IMG/VR virus record: IMGVR_UViG_3300045988_181910
DNA: 40,007 nucleotides
Reading direction: 5' to 3' (one strand)
DNA from: a virus
The first letter of the stretch is position 1. Each line of letters opens with the position of its first letter. Below, one piece after another: positions 33,937 through 40,007 of this stretch. Position numbers and translations under genes: made by a program. A model generated the notes under the pieces. That model saw only the letters and a list, made by a program, of their open reading frames with translations, ran no database searches and was not told where the DNA came from.

Positions 33937-33943
33937 ATCATAT

Positions 33944-34237
33944 TTATTCGTTAATTTCCCGCCAGCCGATAACCTGCGCATTTACCGGTAGATTCCCGCC
34001 CCACCAATTACCATTGAAATACCCGACTGAATAGACGTCGTAATCGTCGTTAGTTTTCAGTAGCACATTCCTATCGTCCTCCGGCAAAGCCTCTTTCGGA
34101 TCAATCCACTGCGTCAGTTGCTTACGCATCCATTCAGCCCCAGCCTCAAAGTGCATTTCACACGCAAATTGCATATCTTTATTCGTGGGGTATGATGATA
34201 ACGAATATTCCCTCTCCGCTTCCTCAATTGTTTTCAT
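33944..34237 (-). CDS. hypothetical protein
   Basis: ORF track; ATGA-type coupling with the upstream gene. Confidence 0.6.
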   Translation of the reverse strand: MKTIEEAEREYSLSSYPTNKDMQFACEMHFEAGAEWMRKQLTQWIDPKEALPEDDRNVLLKTNDDYDVYSVGYFNGNWWGGNLPVNAQVIGWREINE

Positions 34238-34482
34238 TTCTCGTTTAGTTTTCGGATAAATTCATCGGCGATCTTTTGGGGCATGTCGCCCTTAAAAATG
34301 CCGTCCATCATTTCTTTGATAATATTATGTGCTTTCCGATATATCCGCTCCTCGGCCTCCTGCTCGGCGACCTCTGCGATTTCTTTGAATAATCGGCATA
34401 ACTCGTTAAGTTCGTCTTTATATTCTAAAGCCATTGTAATTCTGAATCGTTCTATCCCATCTTTTGCTTTTTCACTTTTCAT
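34234..34482 (-). CDS. small hypothetical coiled-coil protein
   Basis: Trimmed to MKSEKAKDG, whose ATG overlaps the stop of 34482..34964. Confidence 0.55.
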   Translation of the reverse strand: MKSEKAKDGIERFRITMALEYKDELNELCRLFKEIAEVAEQEAEERIYRKAHNIIKEMMDGIFKGDMPQKIADEFIRKLNEK

Positions 34483-34964
34483 CACTCTATCTGTTTTAAA
34501 AATTTCTCTTTCAGGTTCCAAACCCGCATACATCCGAGACGGGCCGCTGTAAGCTGTTCTTCGAGAAATAGTTTGCGGCCTCCACGATGAGAGACACCAC
34601 CGCCGTAGCGCCTGATACCTCCCGTTTCCGACACGCAAAGCACCGCCGGGCGGCCCGCGTCGTATTTTTCAGTTAGAAAGGCAACAACCCGATCGCAAAT
34701 CGATTCCGGCACGCAGTAGTAGAAATTATAGACGCGCGGATCGTTGTGTTCGTGGCTTTTCTTAAAATCAGCCTTGAAATCCTCCCACGACCGTTTGATC
34801 TCCACCTCGGTCATATACCCCGACTTGGTGATAATTACCAGATCGGCTTCATATTGAAGCAATCCCCACGAGAGGTTCGGAATGAATATATCCTGCCGTT
34901 TGTTCCAAATACCGCTATTGCGGAGCGCAATCTGGATTTCATCGACTGTCAGTTTCGTATCCAT
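34482..34964 (-). CDS. MmcB-like PD-(D/E)XK nuclease
   Basis: ..LQYEADLVIITKSGYMTEVEIKRS.. carries a D..E.K motif, and the size is right for the family. Confidence 0.65.
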   Translation of the reverse strand: MDTKLTVDEIQIALRNSGIWNKRQDIFIPNLSWGLLQYEADLVIITKSGYMTEVEIKRSWEDFKADFKKSHEHNDPRVYNFYYCVPESICDRVVAFLTEKYDAGRPAVLCVSETGGIRRYGGGVSHRGGRKLFLEEQLTAARLGCMRVWNLKEKFLKQIE

Positions 34965-35029
34965 ACCATTCGACTATTTATGATCCTCCGCCTGCGTCAG
35001 ACCGTAGCGGTCGTTGAAGTTTATTTTTT

Positions 35030-35281
35030 TCACTTTTTCACAGCATATTTTGCGAGAATACTTAATTTGCAGTAACCCTTTACTTTGAGCGTTACTTCCT
35101 TGCCATGTCGTCCGTAAGCATACACTTCACCCGATGATGTTGCATAATCCGAGTAGGTGGAACGAACCATTGTACCTATCGGAAAATCATTTTGTGCTTG
35201 CTCCAACTTCCTGGCATACTCTTGATCTTCGTATAATTGAACAACCGTTTTAGCGGCGTCGTACTGCTCTTTTGTTACCAT
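35030..35281 (-). CDS. small hypothetical protein
   Basis: ORF track. Confidence 0.55.
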   Translation of the reverse strand: MVTKEQYDAAKTVVQLYEDQEYARKLEQAQNDFPIGTMVRSTYSDYATSSGEVYAYGRHGKEVTLKVKGYCKLSILAKYAVKK

Positions 35282-35288
35282 AGCTGGG

Positions 35289-35729
35289 TTATTTTTTAAG
35301 ATAAATTTTGACGTACCTCCTAAGCGCGTATGACATCTTGTCCCTCGTTTTTATCGGGTTCGCCCTATCGCCGGTGAATACATATGCGCGACGATCATCA
35401 AACGGTTCCATCAGCCACACTTCCTCGTTGTGCATGAATTCTCTCCCTCCGATTTTGTAAAGCGCGGCGTTGATTTGATCGATGTTGTCGAATATTCTGA
35501 TCGCTTCGGATAGTTTCATTGCACGATAACTCTCCCATACCCCATGTTCATAGAAATTACAACAACGTCTAATGTGGAATGGCTCTATTATAATCGGATA
35601 AGAGCCTTTGTCGTTATAAACCAATACGCAAAGTTCAGAGTGCTGATCCTGCGGAACATCTTCTACCTTGAAAGCCTGCCAAGCGTAGTGTTCGTTCGTG
35701 GCTCGATTCAGAATGTGTACGGTTCCCAT
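35289..35729 (-). CDS. hypothetical protein
   Basis: ORF track. Confidence 0.65.
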   Translation of the reverse strand: MGTVHILNRATNEHYAWQAFKVEDVPQDQHSELCVLVYNDKGSYPIIIEPFHIRRCCNFYEHGVWESYRAMKLSEAIRIFDNIDQINAALYKIGGREFMHNEEVWLMEPFDDRRAYVFTGDRANPIKTRDKMSYALRRYVKIYLKK

Positions 35730-35731
35730 AA

Positions 35732-35965
35732 TTACATTTCACTATTTGTTTTCATTTTGAGGTATGATACGCCTTTAGTTGCTGGTAATTCCGTAATCAA
35801 TCCGCACTCTTTTATTCCTTCAAGGATATTCTTAATATCCTGCATCGCTGAAAGCATATTAGGGTCAAAGCCCTCAGTGGTGCAAGTCTTGATTACATTT
35901 TCTTGAAACCGTATTAGATAATCCAAGTCATATCCAATTATTTTTGTTATAATCTTTTCTGCCAT
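35732..35965 (-). CDS. small hypothetical protein
   Basis: Trimmed to MAEKIITKI. Confidence 0.5.
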   Translation of the reverse strand: MAEKIITKIIGYDLDYLIRFQENVIKTCTTEGFDPNMLSAMQDIKNILEGIKECGLITELPATKGVSYLKMKTNSEM

Positions 35966-35982
35966 AATTTGAGCTAAAAAAT

Positions 35983-36207
35983 TTATATGCGTTTTAACAA
36001 TTCCGCTGCGACCTCTTCTCCAGTCGCACACAATATTTCCGGATTTACAAGATGGCATCCGTCGAACAGTTTGTAGATGATCGCTGGCTCCTCTTTGTAA
36101 TCCACGGATAGATGAATTTCTATCTCCTTAATCGCGCTACAACAGATTCTATCGGAGCTCATGTAATAAACAACATCCCCGCGATTGAATTTGGTGTCGA
36201 TCTTCAT
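35983..36207 (-). CDS. small hypothetical protein
   Basis: ORF track. Confidence 0.55.
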   Translation of the reverse strand: MKIDTKFNRGDVVYYMSSDRICCSAIKEIEIHLSVDYKEEPAIIYKLFDGCHLVNPEILCATGEEVAAELLKRI

Positions 36208-36362
36208 CTTCTCTGTGCTTTTAGCTCCGCAACGCGGCGGAGGATGTGCATTCGTTCAAATTGCCTGCGACTATAATCCGGGTTGTTCATCCATACAAAA
36301 AAATAATCATCAGCGGCTTCGTCCGCTTCCCGCCGCAGCCGTTTGAGTAATTTAGTTTTCAT
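36204..36362 (-). CDS. small hypothetical protein (52 aa, MKTKLLKRLRREADEAADDYFFVWMNNPDYSRRQFERMHILRRVAELKAQRR)
   Basis: Manual translation. ATGA overlaps at both ends fill the gap between the flanking genes. Confidence 0.45.
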   Translation of the reverse strand: MKTKLLKRLRREADEAADDYFFVWMNNPDYSRRQFERMHILRRVAELKAQRR

Positions 36363-36619
36363 TTCTCAACCAATTTAGCATATTTATTCTCAATCTCGTA
36401 TTCGCGACCGCACTTTTTGCAGGTGATTATACCGTACTCGTATTCTGCATCTTCCAGTTTCCCGGCCTTTGCATCCTTTTCCCGGATGCGCATGTCGCGC
36501 TCGATTTTCTGCAAAAGCGCTATTTGCTCGGCGTTGCCTATTTCTATCGGCACTTCTACTTCGCCACGCATGAACGTCCCATTCTCAAGGCGCAGCGGTT
36601 GTTTGACTTCGTGTTTCAT
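36359..36619 (-). CDS. small hypothetical protein
   Basis: ORF track. Confidence 0.55.
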   Translation of the reverse strand: MKHEVKQPLRLENGTFMRGEVEVPIEIGNAEQIALLQKIERDMRIREKDAKAGKLEDAEYEYGIITCKKCGREYEIENKYAKLVEK

Positions 36620-37035
36620 ACCTTCAACTTATATCCGTTCGACAAAAGCCATTCGATCGTTTCAACAAGGCGCTCTATCAGGCCGCTACCGTCTTTGCAT
36701 CTGAACTTCAGATTATATGTAACCTTTCCTTGATGGTTCACACTTCCATATTGATACGATATATGATACTTGCGACTAACCCCCTTCCCAATGTTTAGGA
36801 AATATTCTGTATGCGAGTTCCCTATTTGCTTCGGTAGCATTTCTATCAGGTCGCCGACCGTGAAGCCGGGAACGGGTTCAAGAGCTGCGACCTCGTAGCA
36901 AAATTCATCGTGCAGGCAGAGGCTATATTCGCCTTCATTGGGGTCTTTCACCCAACACATACTTGCCGCTTTCGCCGGAACGCCCAGCTCCAACAGGCGG
37001 CACGATTGTTCGATTGTTGTGGTTTGATCTTTCAT
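36616..37035 (-). CDS. hypothetical protein
   Basis: ORF track; coupled to the methyltransferase gene. Confidence 0.65.
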   Translation of the reverse strand: MKDQTTTIEQSCRLLELGVPAKAASMCWVKDPNEGEYSLCLHDEFCYEVAALEPVPGFTVGDLIEMLPKQIGNSHTEYFLNIGKGVSRKYHISYQYGSVNHQGKVTYNLKFRCKDGSGLIERLVETIEWLLSNGYKLKV

Positions 37036-37874
37036 GGTTTATATCGATTAAATTCATATTCATTTATCGTTTCAAATATCTGTAATGCTACTTGCGGCAC
37101 GATGGCATTTCCGAACCCTTTGATAGATTGGATTCGCCAGCTTGGAAAGGTAATACCGTCCAATCCGTCGGGAACCCCATCATTTCGGCTACAAACAGGG
37201 GATTGAGTTGGGAAGTTCCACCAGTCCGGGATGATATGACGGTTCTCAAATCCTGCCCTCCGGTTCCGTGATTTCCAGGGGACTGGTAATCTCTGGCTTT
37301 CGGTGTCGGCAGCATCCCGATCGGCATAAACACCGTTTCCCCTCTCTTGCATTGCTTCAACCCCTGCGTTTGAACCGTAGGCAGCAGCATGGTGGGCGAC
37401 GAACCACACCCGGTATCGCTGGTGGGGAGCGCCGACACCGCAAGCTGGTATAACGAACGATTGCACCTCGTATCCTTCCGCTTCCAAGTCAGCACACACC
37501 TGCTCGAAGACCATTCCTTGCGACCAATTAACAATTCCGAGAACGTTCTCGCCCACGACCCAGCGGGGTCGAACAGTCCGAATAACCCGCAGCATTTCCG
37601 GCCAGAGGTAGCGGTCGTCCTCCGTGCCCCTGCGCTTGCCCGCGAGGCTGAACGGCTGGCAGGGGAAGCCGCCGGTAAGGACGTCGATGCGTCCCCGCCA
37701 AACGGTAAAGTCTGCTGTCTTGATGTCTCCGTATTGTTCCGCATGGGGAAAATGGTATTTGAGTATTCGTTGGCAAAACGGGTCTATCTCGCAGTTGAAA
37801 GCGTTCGTCCACCCGGCCCACTCCGCAGCGAGGTCGAAGCCGCCGATGCCACTGAATAAGGATGCGTGGGTCAT
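37032..37874 (-). CDS. DNA (cytosine-5)-methyltransferase; compact, with no cognate endonuclease visible
   Basis: Motif I is FSGIGG, motif IV GFPCQPFS, motif VI GENV, motif VIII HQRYRVWFV, and motif X GNAIVPQV. Confidence 0.9.
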   Translation of the reverse strand: MTHASLFSGIGGFDLAAEWAGWTNAFNCEIDPFCQRILKYHFPHAEQYGDIKTADFTVWRGRIDVLTGGFPCQPFSLAGKRRGTEDDRYLWPEMLRVIRTVRPRWVVGENVLGIVNWSQGMVFEQVCADLEAEGYEVQSFVIPACGVGAPHQRYRVWFVAHHAAAYGSNAGVEAMQERGNGVYADRDAADTESQRLPVPWKSRNRRAGFENRHIIPDWWNFPTQSPVCSRNDGVPDGLDGITFPSWRIQSIKGFGNAIVPQVALQIFETINEYEFNRYKP

Positions 37875-38012
37875 GTTGAAATAATTTCTGAGTTGTTGTG
37901 CATGTTAGTTGCTTTAATTCAACGTGCTATAGTAATCCAATCCATTGCATGAAGCCACTGGTAAAAATGACGTCTCGACATTTTCATACCGCTGATGCTT
38001 TGGCTCATCACC

Positions 38013-39053
38013 TCATTCTTCATTTCTCGGCACCCGATAAATGATTTTCTTGTCCGCACCGAACTTAGCAGCCAGAATTTCACGCATTGCGGAAACATGA
38101 TTCGGCTGTTCAAGCCATACGGGAAGCGATTTATCCGCCCCGATCAGCAGGATGTTCGGTCCTTCCTCTATCAATCCCAAAAAATGTTCGAGCATAATCG
38201 CACGGTCGTCTCCCGGCGCTGCCCGGCCGATGGCGTCGTACACTTTTCGCCACAACGTAACGGTGTCGGAGCGGCATTTGACTGCGTTTTTGTCCGGCGC
38301 CCAGGATTTGAGCGCCGCAAGACAATTGCGTACCGGATTGCCGTTAGCATCGAGCCACCCGGATTTTTCGTAATGGGCGACAAACCTGTCGAGTTCTTGC
38401 TGTGGCGACAGCAATTCTTTTTCAAAAAATAAAATTTCCAAAAATCTCTCTCTCTCTTTGACACTCTCGTCGCCGCTCGCGGCAGAGAGAGAGATTTCTT
38501 TTACTTTATTTTCCTTTACTTTACTTTTCTTTACTTTACTTTTGTCGGAATAAATGCCCTTTTCTTCGGAATAAATCGGCATTTCTTCGGAAGAAATGGG
38601 GGTTTCTTCGGAATAAATGGGATTTTCTTCGGAAGAAATTTCGGAAATCAACGAATACAACGGGTCAATATTCACCCTTCTTTTAAGAATTCGGATGGTA
38701 TCGAGGTATCTGAATTGTATTCCCCGCGAAGTCAAAATCCGATGTTTCTCCATCATAACCCGGCTAAACAAACCGATCGTATCGCTCATGCAGAAGTCCA
38801 ACATTTCGCGTACTTCGTCCTCACTGATGCGCATCTCGTCGGCGATATCGTAGATCGTATCGTCATCGAATGGCAGATAGTACCCCTTGTCCGAGTAAAT
38901 CGCGCAGAGGAGGTAGATGTAGAACTCCATGCCGCGGGCATACTTGCGCGTGAGACGACGAACTTTCTTATCATGGAGAATATTGACGTCCACCGTGAAA
39001 TACTGTAGCTCGATTTTGTTGTTTCTTCCCATATAAGCGACTTCATTATTCAT
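38013..39053 (-). CDS. DUF4373-type phage replication protein with an internal 7-aa repeat linker
   Basis: The N-terminus is ..YFTVDVNILHDKKVRRLTRKYARGMEFYIYLLCAIYSDKGYY.. (Lin1244/DUF4373-like). The linker is PIYSEE x5 plus KSKVK repeats. Confidence 0.8.
   Translation of the reverse strand: MNNEVAYMGRNNKIELQYFTVDVNILHDKKVRRLTRKYARGMEFYIYLLCAIYSDKGYYLPFDDDTIYDIADEMRISEDEVREMLDFCMSDTIGLFSRVMMEKHRILTSRGIQFRYLDTIRILKRRVNIDPLYSLISEISSEENPIYSEETPISSEEMPIYSEEKGIYSDKSKVKKSKVKENKVKEISLSAASGDESVKERERFLEILFFEKELLSPQQELDRFVAHYEKSGWLDANGNPVRNCLAALKSWAPDKNAVKCRSDTVTLWRKVYDAIGRAAPGDDRAIMLEHFLGLIEEGPNILLIGADKSLPVWLEQPNHVSAMREILAAKFGADKKIIYRVPRNEE
38442..38650. repeat. origin-like architecture inside the replication gene: 14-bp inverted repeat, AT-rich CTTTACTTTA tract, six 21-bp-phased iterons
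   Basis: AAATCTCTCTCTCT (38442-38455) pairs with AGAGAGAGAGATTT (38484-38497). TCGGAA[TG]AAAT starts at 38545, 38566, 38587, 38608 and 38629, with a partial copy at 38641. Confidence 0.6.
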
Positions 39054-39204
39054 TCTCGATCCTCTTGGCCTTGGCCAGCTTCTTACCCAGGAGCTTCATT
39101 CTTCGCAGCGCATCCTGCTCCCGTGTGGTCTGACCCTGGCACTTTGCGAGCGCCCGGAAGATGGACGTTATTTGCGCGTAGGTTTGATTGGAAATCTGGT
39201 ACAT
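39046..39204 (-). CDS. small hypothetical protein (52 aa)
   Basis: ORF 39046..39393 trimmed to MYQISNQ, just after the exonuclease stop. Confidence 0.5.
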   Translation of the reverse strand: MYQISNQTYAQITSIFRALAKCQGQTTREQDALRRMKLLGKKLAKAKRIENE

Positions 39205-39205
39205 G

Positions 39206-40007
39206 CTATTGAGGAATGTATTGGGGTTCCAATTCATACTTGATCCACTCCGGAAAGCGAATTTGCAGAATGCCGTGTGCACCCTCCTCCGCCATGCAGT
39301 CGAAGCCCGGCCACGAGTTGTTCGTTTTGCACTGATGCAAAATGTCGAGCGCTTGACGGTATTTGTACTTGCCAATCTGCAAATCCTCCGCATCGAGCCA
39401 TATCAGAGCTACTTGAAAGGGGATCGTCGTCTGTGCCACGATCATCAGCGTGCCCGAGAACCTCCGGCCGGTGACGTGGCTCGCAACTTCGAGGTACATC
39501 CCCTCGGACAGTTCATAGCGGTAGCGGGCCGCATCGCTCATGAAAGCCTTGGGGGAAGGCGCCGACGTAGTTTTGACCGACACGATGACATTGGCGCCGA
39601 CATGTTCCTCAAGCAGCATCGCGTCCGGCCGGATTTTCACTGCGAGGCCGGTCTGCGGATCGGTCGTGTACATGGAAGTTTCGGATCGCGCACAGCGCAG
39701 CAGGCGCGGTATGATACCTCCGCCGTATGTCCGGTATGCGGCGCGGAGCACTTTGATGATCGTGCTGGTCTGCGCATCCACGAACGAATACCCCGCATCC
39801 GCCGCTTCGGTCTCCAGCTCGGCCAGCTTCGCGCGCATGTCCTGCATCTTCATGGAAGAGAGGTCGGCATCCTGCGCTCGGCCCAGCAGCTCCCAATAGT
39901 ACCGGATCAGCGTGCATATCCCGCCGATCGTCCCCCGGTTAGCTGGCGGCTCGATAAGTACCTTGTCGAATTTCTGTGGTTCCAAAAACGCCGAATGTAC
40001 GAAAGTG
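39206..40007 (-). CDS. 3' part of the RecE/YqaJ-like PD-(D/E)XK exonuclease gene; the unique part ends at 39952, and 39953-40007 duplicates 1-55
   Basis: The frame stays open to the window end. The true start is ATG 381 on the other side of the junction. The combined product is about 375 aa. Confidence 0.85.
   Translation of the reverse strand, partial: TFVHSAFLEPQKFDKVLIEPPANRGTIGGICTLIRYYWELLGRAQDADLSSMKMQDMRAKLAELETEAADAGYSFVDAQTSTIIKVLRAAYRTYGGGIIPRLLRCARSETSMYTTDPQTGLAVKIRPDAMLLEEHVGANVIVSVKTTSAPSPKAFMSDAARYRYELSEGMYLEVASHVTGRRFSGTLMIVAQTTIPFQVALIWLDAEDLQIGKYKYRQALDILHQCKTNNSWPGFDCMAEEGAHGILQIRFPEWIKYELEPQYIPQ
39953..40007. repeat. second copy of the 55-bp terminal direct repeat
   Basis: Identical to 1-55. 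Confidence 0.9.

Noticed and set aside
37919-38113. ORF 37919..38113 (-) in and beyond the 3' end of the replication gene
   Set aside because: It lies mostly out of frame over the replication gene. Only a 29-aa remnant (MSQSISGMKMSRRHFYQWLHAMDWITIAR) would be free-standing, and that is too short and unsupported to call.
38545-38650. The 21-bp-phased direct repeats, considered as a CRISPR-like array; the same question was asked of 2035-2900
   Set aside because: The spacing between repeats is only about 10 nt and lies inside a coding linker. The modules at 2035-2900 are about 290 bp apart, each with its own promoter. Neither fits CRISPR repeat-spacer geometry, and there are no cas genes.

Overview
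The window appears to be a complete, circularly closed temperate tailed-phage genome of about 39.95 kb. Bases 1-55 recur exactly at 39953-40007. One minus-strand gene, a RecE/YqaJ-like PD-(D/E)XK exonuclease, reads across that junction without a stop. A Bacteroidota host is inferred from recurrent TTTG-N19-21-TAnnTTTG promoter motifs, the near absence of Shine-Dalgarno sites, a Bacteroidota-type tyrosine integrase and a DUF4373-type replication protein.

Layout:
- A divergent AT-rich switch lies at 6596-6802.
- Rightward from the switch are an XRE/CI-like repressor and a lipoprotein moron (6803-8126), then a two-gene antisense moron (8254-9470).
- The plus-strand late operon runs 9740-26424: terS, terL, portal, prohead protease, major capsid, about 6 virion proteins, tape measure, tail and fibre genes, then a lysis cassette.
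- The integrase (26421-27641, minus strand) is followed by an AT-rich attP-like spacer.
- Leftward from the switch is one long minus-strand early operon that runs 6595 down to 1, wraps the junction, and continues from 39952 down to 27928. In transcription order it carries a tRNA-Cys, a membrane-anchored LuxR-type HTH protein, three paralogous left-handed-beta-helix repeat proteins, the RNA-module array, an excisionase-like HTH protein, the exonuclease, a DUF4373 replication protein with embedded iterons, a C5-cytosine methyltransferase, an MmcB-like nuclease, about 15 small ORFs, and a GC-rich four-gene cassette bracketed by terminators.

Most unusual element: a roughly 870-bp stretch at 2035-2900 that looks non-coding. 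It holds three tandem modules, each with its own strong promoter, and their base-pairing boxes co-vary between modules.

Base composition is visibly mosaic by eye, with AT-rich islands at 6600-9700, 18560-19130 and 19900-22050.

All functional calls come from motif and family recognition by eye; no database search was run.
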